A stretch of DNA of 32,000 nt from Candidatus Methanoperedens sp. (GTDB lineage: Archaea > Halobacteriota > Methanosarcinia > Methanosarcinales > Methanoperedenaceae), in assembly GCA_041494705.1 (NCBI GenBank), contig JBGQBI010000006.1:1-32000 (forward strand). The letters run 5' to 3'. Below the pieces are notes generated by a model that was not told the origin of the DNA, searched no databases, and saw only the letters and a program-made list of their open reading frames with translations. Made by a program: the position numbers and the translations under genes. Positions 1-9,290 of this stretch are shown here, in pieces (the first letter of the stretch is position 1; the number at the start of each line of letters is the position of its first letter).

Positions 1-717
1 ACGCTAAAGTTTAAAAATACAGGCACAGGCACAGTACAGAACGCCGTAGCTGAAATAGACCTTACCGGCACCGGGGGAAGCAGCAAATCATCCTTTTCAA
101 TTCTTGGCGCAGGAACGCAATTTTCTCTCGGTAACCTGAAGACAGGAGATGAGGCCGAAATCACATTTGATCTGGCTGTAGACATTACCGCAACCCCGGG
201 TGCTTATAATCTGCCTTTAAAAATTACAGGACTGGATAATTATTCATCCGATAATTTTGTCGGAGTGGTTGTCGCAGGAACAACTAATTTTGATATAAGT
301 TACCAGGAGACCTCTGGCTCTTTTACCCTTAATGTCCTCAATACAGGGATAAGTTCTGCTAGTGCGGTGACTGTCAGCCTGCCTCCTCAAAAAAACTTCT
401 CAATAACAGGGAGCACTTCTACTGTGCTTGGGACTTTAAATTCCGGTGATTATACATCTGCAATATTCCAGATTTCGAAAATAACGGGCGCCGGCAACAA
501 TCTTGAAATAGAGATACAATATACCGACACCAGCGGGCAAAGACACACAATTACAAAGTCTCTTACTGTTGAATTATCCTCAACAGGAGCTAAGGCAAGT
601 GCAGGATCCACAACAAATTATACAGTATGGATGCTGGCGGTTGTTATCCTTCTGGTGATATACTGGCAGCGAAGTAAAATATCAACCTATTTCCAGAAAC
701 AAAAAGGTAGCAAATGA
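1..717 (+). CDS. Cell-surface beta-sandwich repeat protein (archaeal COG1361/CARDB-like), 5'-truncated by the window edge, with a C-terminal TM anchor
   Basis: Frame 1 is open from base 1, so the track ORF 265..717 is only the part after the first Met. Two repeats resemble surface-domain patterns (…N-TG…A..V.V.L…LG.L..GD…). The protein ends in the hydrophobic helix YTVWMLAVVILLVIYW plus a basic tail. Its stop overlaps the next start (ATGA at 714-717). Confidence 0.5.
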   Translation, partial: TLKFKNTGTGTVQNAVAEIDLTGTGGSSKSSFSILGAGTQFSLGNLKTGDEAEITFDLAVDITATPGAYNLPLKITGLDNYSSDNFVGVVVAGTTNFDISYQETSGSFTLNVLNTGISSASAVTVSLPPQKNFSITGSTSTVLGTLNSGDYTSAIFQISKITGAGNNLEIEIQYTDTSGQRHTITKSLTVELSSTGAKASAGSTTNYTVWMLAVVILLVIYWQRSKISTYFQKQKGSK

Positions 718-1970
718 AGCCTTTTGATATTTTTAGGTTATCGCTCAGCCATGTCAAAAAAAGCAAGATGCGAAGCTGGCTCACAATTATCGGTATAGTA
801 ATAGGTGTAGCTGCGGTCGTAGCTATAATCTCCATAGGACAGAGCATGCAGGAGAGCGTACAGTCCCAGCTTGGCAGTCTTGGAGCAGATTTGATTACTG
901 TCACTCCAGGTTATTCACGGGCATCGGGAGGTGGTGGCGGAGGAGGCGGGTCTACCGGTAGTACGAGTATTAATCTTACGGATAAAGATGCGAACATGAT
1001 CAAGCAGGTATCAGGTGTGCTTTATGTAAACGGTATGGTTTCAGGCAATTCGGATATAAGACTGGGTACAGAGAAGACCTCCGTGTCCATAACCGGTGTC
1101 GATACCGCAGTCTGGCGCTCCATGGTCACAACGCAGCTTGAAACGGGCAGGTATCTTCAGCCGGGCGATTCGAACGCAGTCGTCATAGGCTACGCTTTAG
1201 CTCATACTACCTTTTTACAGCCGATTACCTTGAATAGACCAATTACAATAGGTAGTAAGAACTTCAAGGTCGTAGGAATCCTTGTTTCATCAGGAGGGGG
1301 TTTTGGAGGAGGGGGTGGTGATAATGCGGTTTATATGTCCGCAGATTATGCCCGGGATGTGATAACCGAAAACGTGTCCAGAAATACATTTACTTCGATC
1401 ATGGTAAAGGTAGCCGACAAAACACTTGTGAATAATATAACTTCGGATATTGTGCAAAAACTCATGGCGTCACGGCACGTCAATCAAAGAACCAGGGATT
1501 TTACTGTCACTGCGTACGCAACAATTCAAGAGCAGATAACTAGTATTACTTCAACCATATCTTTGTTCCTTGCTGCTATAGCTGCAGTCTCGCTTCTCGT
1601 AGGTGCGGTAGGAATAGCGAATACTATGTTCATGTCGGTCATGGAACGTACACGTCAGATAGGATTGCTCAAAGCCCTTGGGGCTACAGATAATGAAGTT
1701 ATGGAACTTTTCCTTATGGAATCCGGATTGTTCGGGTTTGTAGGGGGTTTGCTCGGAATAATCTGTGGCATGCTGATATCGGTCATAGTTGTTTCTTTGG
1801 GTCTTCTGGCAATTGGACCTGGGGAAGGGACAATGAATATAGTTATCTCTCCTCAACTTATAATTTTTGCACTTGCATTCTCTATATTAGTGGGTATAAT
1901 CTCAGGTGTCGTGCCTGCAAGAACTGCAGCAAAGATGAGTCCTGTGGATGCGCTAAGATTTGAACAGTAG
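714..1970 (+). CDS. ABC transporter permease, MacB/FtsX family
   Basis: It has an N-terminal TM helix, a large extracytoplasmic MacB-like domain, and a C-terminal FtsX domain with 3 TM helices (…ERTRQIGLLKALGATDNEVMELFLMESGLFG…). Two poly-Gly insertions lie in the outer domain. The start is translationally coupled to the upstream gene. Confidence 0.85.
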   Translation: MKPFDIFRLSLSHVKKSKMRSWLTIIGIVIGVAAVVAIISIGQSMQESVQSQLGSLGADLITVTPGYSRASGGGGGGGGSTGSTSINLTDKDANMIKQVSGVLYVNGMVSGNSDIRLGTEKTSVSITGVDTAVWRSMVTTQLETGRYLQPGDSNAVVIGYALAHTTFLQPITLNRPITIGSKNFKVVGILVSSGGGFGGGGGDNAVYMSADYARDVITENVSRNTFTSIMVKVADKTLVNNITSDIVQKLMASRHVNQRTRDFTVTAYATIQEQITSITSTISLFLAAIAAVSLLVGAVGIANTMFMSVMERTRQIGLLKALGATDNEVMELFLMESGLFGFVGGLLGIICGMLISVIVVSLGLLAIGPGEGTMNIVISPQLIIFALAFSILVGIISGVVPARTAAKMSPVDALRFEQ

Positions 1971-2009
1971 GAGATTCGTATTCAAAGTAATTGTGAAAAA
2001 GAGTCACGA

Positions 2010-2080
2010 ACTCCGCAATTTGCGGAGTATCTGGACCCGGATGCTCGAAAGTTTCGCAATTTTTGGATTTTCTAATTTTT
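2010..2080 (+). terminator. Putative terminator region: palindrome plus oligo-T runs
   Basis: The palindrome ACTCCGCAA-T-TTGCGGAGT (2010-2028) is followed by T5 runs at 2060-2064 and 2076-2080. It lies in the convergent gap between the FtsX gene and rtcA. Confidence 0.3.
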
Positions 2081-2108
2081 GTCCAGGGATATCTTCCTTA
2101 CCGCAAGC

Positions 2109-3119
2109 TCAGACCCAAACCCTGAACAACCCTGTTTCCATTTTTTCAATCTTGAATTTCACTGGGAGGAACTGCTCGGTCACCCATATATTGGTCTTCG
2201 TATGAGGAGTAATAATCCGCGTTGTAAAAGAGCCGCCTCCAGCCAATGCAATATAAGGAACTAACTGGTCGGCAAGGAATACATCCACTCCAGCACCCGA
2301 ACTTAATTCTGAAAGTATCGCCCCGGCTGCCATTTCTCCCACTTTCTCGGCTCTTAACCCGGGTTTCCCAAGAGCGCTCCCCCCGACAGTCCCGCACCAC
2401 AACGTTATTCCACTTCCTGTCGAGGCATAATTTTTTACATCAAGAGAGATTTTTGCATCTTTTCCATCCTCTTGCAACTTTTTTTGCGCGGCTGAAGCCT
2501 GTCTTTCTGCCACATGGGCAGGCAGGCCGGATGAGTGGGAAATTCCCTCCACGAGATTATAGTGATTCGTATCAAAGCTTGCTTTTGTAAGGCTTGAAGG
2601 ATTAATGACAGCTTCAACGCAGCCGTCCCCGCGCGGATAATATCCTCTTCTGATGAGGCTGAGGTTGCAGTCGTATCCCATCTGCGAGAGAGCGCCAATT
2701 GTCACGTACCTGAGATAATCAATAGATGGCGACCACTGGACATCGGTTCCACCGGTAATCTTTATCCTGACGGCGCAAGGCGCATGCATTGCTGCAGGCA
2801 TGAGGCATTGCAGGAAAAGGGATATGCTGCCTGCGGTGCCTATGTCCATTTCGTAATTTCCACCTTTTATTTTACCGGGCGTAAAATGCAGGCGGGTCGA
2901 TTGCAGGCGGCATCCTTCGACATCCGCTTCGCATATTCTTGCCAGACTTTCCACGGCTTTTACATGCTGGGCAGAAAGACCAGGTTTTGGTCTTGCCCGC
3001 CTGATGTTATCTATTTTGACCTCTTTTCCGGTCACTGCAGAAAGCGCCACGGCTGTTCTTAATATCTGGCCGCCGCCTTCACCGTAAGATCCATCCAGTT
3101 CTATCATAATTCGTTTCAA
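2109..3119 (-). CDS. rtcA: RNA 3'-terminal phosphate cyclase
   Basis: The N-terminus MKRIMIELDGSYGEGGGQILRTAVALSAVTGKEVKIDNIRRARPKPGLSAQH matches the RtcA signature, and the length (336 aa) is typical. Confidence 0.9.
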   Translation of the reverse strand: MKRIMIELDGSYGEGGGQILRTAVALSAVTGKEVKIDNIRRARPKPGLSAQHVKAVESLARICEADVEGCRLQSTRLHFTPGKIKGGNYEMDIGTAGSISLFLQCLMPAAMHAPCAVRIKITGGTDVQWSPSIDYLRYVTIGALSQMGYDCNLSLIRRGYYPRGDGCVEAVINPSSLTKASFDTNHYNLVEGISHSSGLPAHVAERQASAAQKKLQEDGKDAKISLDVKNYASTGSGITLWCGTVGGSALGKPGLRAEKVGEMAAGAILSELSSGAGVDVFLADQLVPYIALAGGGSFTTRIITPHTKTNIWVTEQFLPVKFKIEKMETGLFRVWV

Positions 3120-3216
3120 CTATAATATCCAAGAATAAAAAGGGCAACCTATATGAAATATTCCTTATTGTGAGGTCAAACCCCGCGAATGATTCTGAAT
3201 CAACGGTTTAATGTAA

Positions 3217-4209
3217 TTATTCCAGTTTTTCCAAATCCTTAAAATCAATAACAGTGGAAATTGGATACGTAGTTACTCTAATACCCATCTCACTTACGGC
3301 TGCCATCATATTAGTTCCAGCATATACCACAACACCAACCTTTCCCGGGTCAACCGCTACGTTAAGCACCGACTTCCCCGGCTCTCCAATCTCAGCTATG
3401 CCTCCTATCCTGGCATCTACAACAGAACTCATAACTTCTTTAGCCTTGGCAAGAGCCGACTCCGGAATCTCGCGAAGATTGGCAAGAAGTTTACCTGAAC
3501 CTGTATTTACAGTATCAAGAACACGGGTCATTTTCTTTGATATAAATATCCGCATCGGATCAATAGAAGTGCCGCTGTAAGCAATTATATCCTCAAAACA
3601 AAGGGGTTTTTTGTCCTTCACTTTTAATATGCCGCCATATTTAGGATAGACCGAAATCCCGTTTTTCAGCAAAATCCCGTCAATTGTCATACTGCACATG
3701 GTTGCTATTCCTGTTTTGCCTTCCGGGATTTCAATATCAGATATGAAGGTATCTTCATCTATTAACTTGACATACGGACTGAAGGGATAACCAGTATGTA
3801 TCACATTTTTTAGTATTTCCATGGTTTCATCAAAGTCATTTTTATCTATAACAGACATGTTGATTATTACGCTACCCTGCTTTGTATCAGGATCAAAAGT
3901 AGTATCGCACATGAGCCTTTCTATTTTGGAGATAATGAAGCCGACCCTGTCTCTCACCAGCGCATTACTTAACTCGTCTATCCCCCGCCCGGTAATAACC
4001 CTGCCATCGTATCCCAGGCGTTTTGTGAACCCCCGCTCATCAAGGATACGGAGATGATAACGGACAGCCCGCTCTCCGATAGCGTATCCTCGTGAATACA
4101 ACCTGTCGGCTATCAATCTGGCTCCTATAGGTGTATGGCTTTCATGGATTATCCTCAAAATCGCTATGAGTTTTCTTTGTACCGTCAAGTCCATAGTTAT
4201 TGTGCTCAT
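3217..4209 (-). CDS. nrpR: Nitrogen regulatory repressor NrpR (wHTH plus one NrpR/DUF128 domain, NrpRI-like)
   Basis: The N-terminal winged-HTH region reads LIAILRIIHESHTPIGARLIADRL..RGYAIGERAVRYHLRILDERGFT..LGYDGRVITGRG, followed by RVGFIISKIERL…FD, as in methanogen NrpR. At 330 aa it fits the single-domain Methanosarcinales type. It sits next to glnA, glnK, amtB and nif. Confidence 0.8.
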   Translation of the reverse strand: MSTITMDLTVQRKLIAILRIIHESHTPIGARLIADRLYSRGYAIGERAVRYHLRILDERGFTKRLGYDGRVITGRGIDELSNALVRDRVGFIISKIERLMCDTTFDPDTKQGSVIINMSVIDKNDFDETMEILKNVIHTGYPFSPYVKLIDEDTFISDIEIPEGKTGIATMCSMTIDGILLKNGISVYPKYGGILKVKDKKPLCFEDIIAYSGTSIDPMRIFISKKMTRVLDTVNTGSGKLLANLREIPESALAKAKEVMSSVVDARIGGIAEIGEPGKSVLNVAVDPGKVGVVVYAGTNMMAAVSEMGIRVTTYPISTVIDFKDLEKLE

Positions 4210-4275
4210 ACCCCTCCGGCAGTATCCAGGCGGCAGATAAGCCGCAATTGACGAACCTTATTCTATATGCAGTGG

Positions 4276-4317
4276 AAAAAAAAATCATTCCAGCATGCCG
4301 TGTATCATGCCGGAATG
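4276..4317 (-). terminator. Hairpin plus T9 terminator downstream of glnA
   Basis: On the minus strand, CATTCCGGCATG (4317-4306), an 8-nt loop and CATGCTGGAATG (4297-4286; one mismatch) are followed by T9 (plus-strand A9 at 4276-4284). The structure begins 9 nt after the glnA stop. Confidence 0.65.
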
Positions 4318-4325
4318 AGACTGGT

Positions 4326-5774
4326 TTAAATATCGAAGTACTGGTAGAACTCGTACGGCGTGGGCCGGATTGAGTTCTGCTTATACTCCTCGGATTTAAG
4401 CTCTATCCACATATCGATTGCATCGGCGGGGAATACCGGTTCAAGGAACTTCCTGTCGCATTCAAGCTCATCAAGTGCCTCTTTCAGCGAGCCGGGGCAC
4501 TCCTTGATACCCATCTCTTTTCTTCTCTCTGCCGTGATGTGGTAGATGTTCTCATCACACGGATTGCCTGGATCCATCTTCTTCTTTATCCCGTCAAGTC
4601 CGGCGGATGTGAGCGCTGCAAAGGCGAAATAAGTGTTGCAGCTCGTATCGGGCGGCCTGTACTCGATCCTCTTGGGAGCTTCCTTGCCCTTTTCATAGAC
4701 AGGAACTCTTATGCTTGCCGACCTGTTGCGCTTGCTCCATGCGATATAAACGGGTGCTTCATAGCCGGGCACAAGCCTCTTGTACGAGTTCGTGGTGGGC
4801 GAGGTAATAGCGCAGAGCGCCCTTGAGTGTTCCATCAGCCCGCCGATATAATAACGGCATGTCTGCGATATTTCAGCGTACTCGTCGTCAGGGTCATAGA
4901 AGGTATTTCTCCCGTTCTTCCAGAGCGACTGGTGGATGTGCATGCCGGAAGCATTGTCGCCGAATATTGGTTTTGGCATGAATGTGGCAATCATTTTCAT
5001 ATTGTATGCCACGTTCTTGACCACGTTCTTGTATGAGAGCACGTTGTCCGCCATCTTCGTGAGAGTATCATATTTCATGTCTATCTCGCACTGACCCGCC
5101 GTAGCTACCTCGTGGTGGTGTGCATCACAGACTATGCCGAAGTAGTCGTAGAGCATTCCTGTCACCTCGCTCCTGTATTCCTGGAGCGTGTCCTGTGGCG
5201 GTGCGGGATAGTAGCCTTCCTTGAACCTGATAGGATGGTTGATGCCGCTTGTTTGCGACCATGGCGCTTCTTTTGATTCTATCTGGTATCCTGTGCCAGA
5301 CCAGGCGTCGCGTGCCGTGGAGTAGCTTGGCAGCAGTTTGACCGAGTCAAAAACGAAGAACTCAAGTTCAGGTCCCCAGTATGAGAGATCGAACCCTGCT
5401 TTCTTCACAGCCTCCTCAGCCCTCTGCGCTATGTGCCTGGGGTCGCGTGTGAATCGCGGTCCTCCGAAGGCATCGTAGAGGTCGCAAATCAACCGGAGGG
5501 TCCTGTGGGGTGTGTTGTCTGTCCACGGCAGGATTGCACATGTAGCCGGGTCTGGGAACATCCTCATATCCGATTCGAAGATTGACTTGAAACCCTTGAT
5601 TGATGAGCCGTCCAGCTTTCCTATGCCGTCAGTGAAATCCTCTTCTTTTAGGGTATATGAGGGGAGTGTGATATGCTGGATATAACCCGGGATATCCATG
5701 AACTGGAGGTCTACCCATTTTACGTTTTTTTCTTTTATGAATTCCAGTAACTTTTCAGGTGTTTGTGTTGTCAT
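4326..5774 (-). CDS. glnA: Glutamine synthetase, type I
   Basis: The beta-grasp N-domain (VKWVDLQFMDIPGYIQHITLP…) and catalytic-domain motifs (…MPKPIFGDNASGMHIHQSLW…, …NSYKRLVPGYEAPVYIAWSKRNRSASIRVP…) are present. Confidence 0.93.
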   Translation of the reverse strand: MTTQTPEKLLEFIKEKNVKWVDLQFMDIPGYIQHITLPSYTLKEEDFTDGIGKLDGSSIKGFKSIFESDMRMFPDPATCAILPWTDNTPHRTLRLICDLYDAFGGPRFTRDPRHIAQRAEEAVKKAGFDLSYWGPELEFFVFDSVKLLPSYSTARDAWSGTGYQIESKEAPWSQTSGINHPIRFKEGYYPAPPQDTLQEYRSEVTGMLYDYFGIVCDAHHHEVATAGQCEIDMKYDTLTKMADNVLSYKNVVKNVAYNMKMIATFMPKPIFGDNASGMHIHQSLWKNGRNTFYDPDDEYAEISQTCRYYIGGLMEHSRALCAITSPTTNSYKRLVPGYEAPVYIAWSKRNRSASIRVPVYEKGKEAPKRIEYRPPDTSCNTYFAFAALTSAGLDGIKKKMDPGNPCDENIYHITAERRKEMGIKECPGSLKEALDELECDRKFLEPVFPADAIDMWIELKSEEYKQNSIRPTPYEFYQYFDI

Positions 5775-5822
5775 ATTTATTTTCTCCTATAAAGTTATAT
5801 TAAGAAGCTTTTGGAAGCCACA

Positions 5823-6161
5823 TTATATGGCTTCCTTACCGCGTTCACCCGAACTTATGCGCACGACCTGCTCGACTGGAGATATGAAAATTTTCCCATC
5901 TCCATTCTTGCCGGTTCTCGCAACTTTGGTGATTGCTTCTATCGCGTTTTCTACATCCTTGTCGTCAACTACCAGGTCTATTTTTATCTTTGGCAGGAAT
6001 TCTACGCAGTATTCGCCTGCGCGCCATTGCAGGCAGACGCCTTTCTGGCGTCCGCGCCCCTGCACTTCTTCGACCGTCATGCCTATGATACCTTTCTCTT
6101 GAAGCGATACCCGAATCGCATCAAGATTTTCAGGTCTTATTACTGCTTCGATTTTTTTCAT
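5823..6161 (-). CDS. glnK: PII nitrogen regulatory protein (GlnK type, amtB-linked)
   Basis: MKKIEAVIRPENLD…GMTVEEVQGRGRQKG…(T-loop)…ARTGKNGDGKIF. I place the start at the internal Met (6161), preceded by AGGTGA and 10 nt after the amtB stop. The track start at 6194 would overlap amtB. Confidence 0.9.
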   Translation of the reverse strand: MKKIEAVIRPENLDAIRVSLQEKGIIGMTVEEVQGRGRQKGVCLQWRAGEYCVEFLPKIKIDLVVDDKDVENAIEAITKVARTGKNGDGKIFISPVEQVVRISSGERGKEAI

Positions 6162-6171
6162 TTTATTCACC

Positions 6172-7479
6172 TCACGAATAAGCCTTCTCAGCATGCTGGG
6201 AAATGTCTAACCCAACAGCTTCTTCTTCATCGGGGACACGCAGTCCGATAGTTGCATCAACAATCTTTGCTAAAACGACAGTCATAACAAACGCGTAAAC
6301 CCATGTCACAGCGACTGCAATTATCTGCGTTGTAAGCTGTCCGGGATTGCCATAGAGCAAGCCGTTTGCACCTGCGGAATTTACTGCTACGGTGGCAAAT
6401 ATGCCTGTGGCTATAGCACCCCAGGTTCCTCCCAGACCGTGGCATGCCCAGACGTCCAGGGAATCATCCACGTTCTGCTTGCTCCGGAAGAGCATAGCAT
6501 AGTAGCTGATAACCGCTCCGACTGCTCCTATTACTATCGCTGCCATGGGGGTAACGAAACCTGAAGCAGGCGTGATTGCTACCAGACCCACAACACCTCC
6601 GGTAGCTGCACCCAGAACACTCGGTCTCTTATGATACCAGCTAAGAAGTGTCCACATTAACGCCGCCGCCGCTGCGGCTGTGTTGGTTACCACAAAGGCG
6701 CTTGTTGCAAGTCCGTTGCTTGCTACTGCGCTGCCTCCGTTAAACCCGAACCAGCCGAACCACAGGAGCGCTGCGCCAAGAATAACCATTGGTATGTTGT
6801 GCGGTTCCATGGCCTGCTTTCCGAATCCTTTGCGTTTGCCTATCACAAAGGCAATTGCAAGAGCCGAAACCCCAGAGCTTATGTGTACAACCGTGCCTCC
6901 GGCAAAATCAAGCGCACCCATGTTGCGAAGGAAGCCGCCAACGCCCCATACCCAGTGGGCTATCGGGTCATAGACAAGAGTTGCCCAGAGCAGGGAGAAC
7001 ACCATGAAGGCTTTGAACTTTATGCGCTCAACGAATGCACCGGAAATAAGCGCAACTGTAATTACGGCAAACATCGCCTGGAATATCATATATGCCAGGG
7101 CAGGAATCGTGGCTGCGTAATCGGTATTGGGCTCCTGGCCCACGCCATTAAGCCCGAGCCAATCAAGGTTGCCTATTACGTGGCCTATGTCCGGGCCGAA
7201 AGCCAGGGTATAGCCATAAAGCACCCACTGAACGCTAATTAATGCAAGGATCACAAAGCTGAACATTATTGTTGAGAGTGCGTTTTTCTTCCTCACCATG
7301 CCGCCGTAGAACAAACCCAGAGCAGGGGTCATAATCATTACGAGCGCCGAACTCGCAAGAACCCATGCAGTGTCGCCTGAATCTACTTTTGGTGCATCTG
7401 CTGCCAGAGCAGGTGCAGAGAGCAGTAGAAAAACCATTATTACCGACCAGTATATCGATTTTTTTAAACTCATTTTCAT
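6172..7479 (-). CDS. amtB: Ammonium transporter Amt
   Basis: Signal peptide [26 protein letters not shown] is followed by 11 TM segments with Amt motifs ([41 protein letters not shown]). Confidence 0.93.
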   Translation of the reverse strand: MKMSLKKSIYWSVIMVFLLLSAPALAADAPKVDSGDTAWVLASSALVMIMTPALGLFYGGMVRKKNALSTIMFSFVILALISVQWVLYGYTLAFGPDIGHVIGNLDWLGLNGVGQEPNTDYAATIPALAYMIFQAMFAVITVALISGAFVERIKFKAFMVFSLLWATLVYDPIAHWVWGVGGFLRNMGALDFAGGTVVHISSGVSALAIAFVIGKRKGFGKQAMEPHNIPMVILGAALLWFGWFGFNGGSAVASNGLATSAFVVTNTAAAAAALMWTLLSWYHKRPSVLGAATGGVVGLVAITPASGFVTPMAAIVIGAVGAVISYYAMLFRSKQNVDDSLDVWACHGLGGTWGAIATGIFATVAVNSAGANGLLYGNPGQLTTQIIAVAVTWVYAFVMTVVLAKIVDATIGLRVPDEEEAVGLDISQHAEKAYS

Positions 7480-8461
<982 letters not shown>

Positions 8462-8465
8462 TAAC

Positions 8466-8783
8466 ATGAAGATGATACGTGCAATAATCAGGCCAAACAA
8501 GGAAGAGAAAGTTGTGGAGCATCTGGAAAAAGAAGGATTTTATTCCCTCACCAAGATGAATGTTTTCGGGCGCGGTAAACAGAAAGGAATCAGGGTAGGG
8601 ACGGTATGTTACGATGAACTGCCCAAGGTGATGCTGATGATGGTCGTGGAAGATGAAGATGTGTCAAAGGCAGTGAACGTTATCCAGAACAGCGCACGCA
8701 CCGGGAATATCGGGGACGGCAAGATATTCGTGACCGATGTTTCAGAAGTGTACACTGTGAGAACAGGTGCATCCGGATTATAG
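8466..8783 (+). CDS. nifI1: PII-like nitrogenase regulator NifI1
   Basis: The PII fold is evident (MKMIRAIIRP…FGRGKQKG…ARTGNIGDGKIFV), and the gene sits immediately after nifH. The start is set at 8466, 4 nt after the nifH stop; the track start at 8436 overlaps nifH. Confidence 0.85.
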   Translation: MKMIRAIIRPNKEEKVVEHLEKEGFYSLTKMNVFGRGKQKGIRVGTVCYDELPKVMLMMVVEDEDVSKAVNVIQNSARTGNIGDGKIFVTDVSEVYTVRTGASGL

Positions 8784-8791
8784 GTGAAATC

Positions 8792-9169
8792 ATGAAGGAA
8801 GTTATCGCCATAATACGAAGGCACAGGCTGCAGGAGACCAAGGCTGGTCTTTTGGGAATAGGAATCCCGGCGCTCACAATGATAAGCGTGGAAGGAAGGG
8901 GCAAACAGAAGGGATTGCCGGGCTGGAATTATGAACTTGATCCCACACTTACAGAGATGGAGGAAAAAAATACTGGTGTCAGCATGCGCTTTGTTCCCAA
9001 GAGAATGATATACGCAGTGGTCGAGGACGAGGATGTCCCGAAAGTGGTTGAGACCATAATCAGGACAAATCAGAGCGGGCACATAGGAGATGGTAAGATT
9101 TTTGTGTGCCCTGTGGAAGATGCGGTGAGAGTGAGAACAGGAGAGAACGGAGAACAGGCTTTGAAGTGA
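8792..9169 (+). CDS. nifI2: PII-like nitrogenase regulator NifI2
   Basis: The PII fold has an extended T-loop (VEGRGKQKGLPGWNYELDPTLTEMEEKNTGVSMRFVPKRM…GHIGDGKIFV), in the canonical nifH-I1-I2 position. Confidence 0.85.
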   Translation: MKEVIAIIRRHRLQETKAGLLGIGIPALTMISVEGRGKQKGLPGWNYELDPTLTEMEEKNTGVSMRFVPKRMIYAVVEDEDVPKVVETIIRTNQSGHIGDGKIFVCPVEDAVRVRTGENGEQALK

Positions 9170-9190
9170 GATCGATAGAGTCTTGAAAAA

Positions 9191-9256
9191 CCACAGAGCG
9201 CACAGAGAACCAGAGAAAAACAAACATCTTCTCTGTGAACTCTGTGTCCTCAGTGG
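9191..9256. repeat. CACAGAG-periodic imperfect hairpin element, copy A
   Basis: CCACAGAGcGCACAGAGaaCcAGAG, a 19-nt loop, then CTCTGTGaaCTCTGTGtcCTCaGTGG. Each arm has three 9-bp units, and T-rich sequence (GATTTTATT) follows. It lies in the 121-nt nifI2-nifD spacer. Confidence 0.8.
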
Positions 9257-9290
9257 TTGATTTTATTGAATAAAAAAGGAGAACTAAAAA

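Noticed and set aside
1293-1320. G-quadruplex-forming potential of the G-rich tracts in the FtsX gene.
   Set aside because: The G-runs are explained by Gly codons, only two-tetrad structures are possible, and nothing in the sequence context suggests a regulatory role.
1960-2264. Small plus-strand ORFs 1960..2205 and 2079..2264 in or around the FtsX/rtcA convergent gap.
   Set aside because: They overlap the 3' end of rtcA in antisense. They have no SD, and their composition looks like non-coding or shadow sequence.
5823-6194. Longer 123-aa form of the PII gene (start at 6194) and longer nifI1 form (start at 8436).
   Set aside because: Both extended starts overlap the preceding gene (amtB, nifH) and add non-conserved residues. 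The internal Mets at 6161 and 8466 give canonical PII N-termini (MKKIEAVIRP, MKMIRAIIRP) with proper spacing.
8609-9223. 204-aa minus-strand ORF. Similar long antisense ORFs occur at 19044..19829 (+), 10323..10808 (-), 11042..11527 (-), 13469..13993 (-), 6799..7242 (+), 5811..6251 (+), 12330..12815 (-) and 3254..3580 (+).
   Set aside because: Each lies entirely antisense to a gene with strong family-specific motifs (nifI1/I2, fibre, nifD/K, GATase, amtB, glnK, CBS, nrpR). Their translations are low-complexity or Ser/Pro/Arg-rich with no recognisable motifs or SD sequences. They are typical shadow ORFs.
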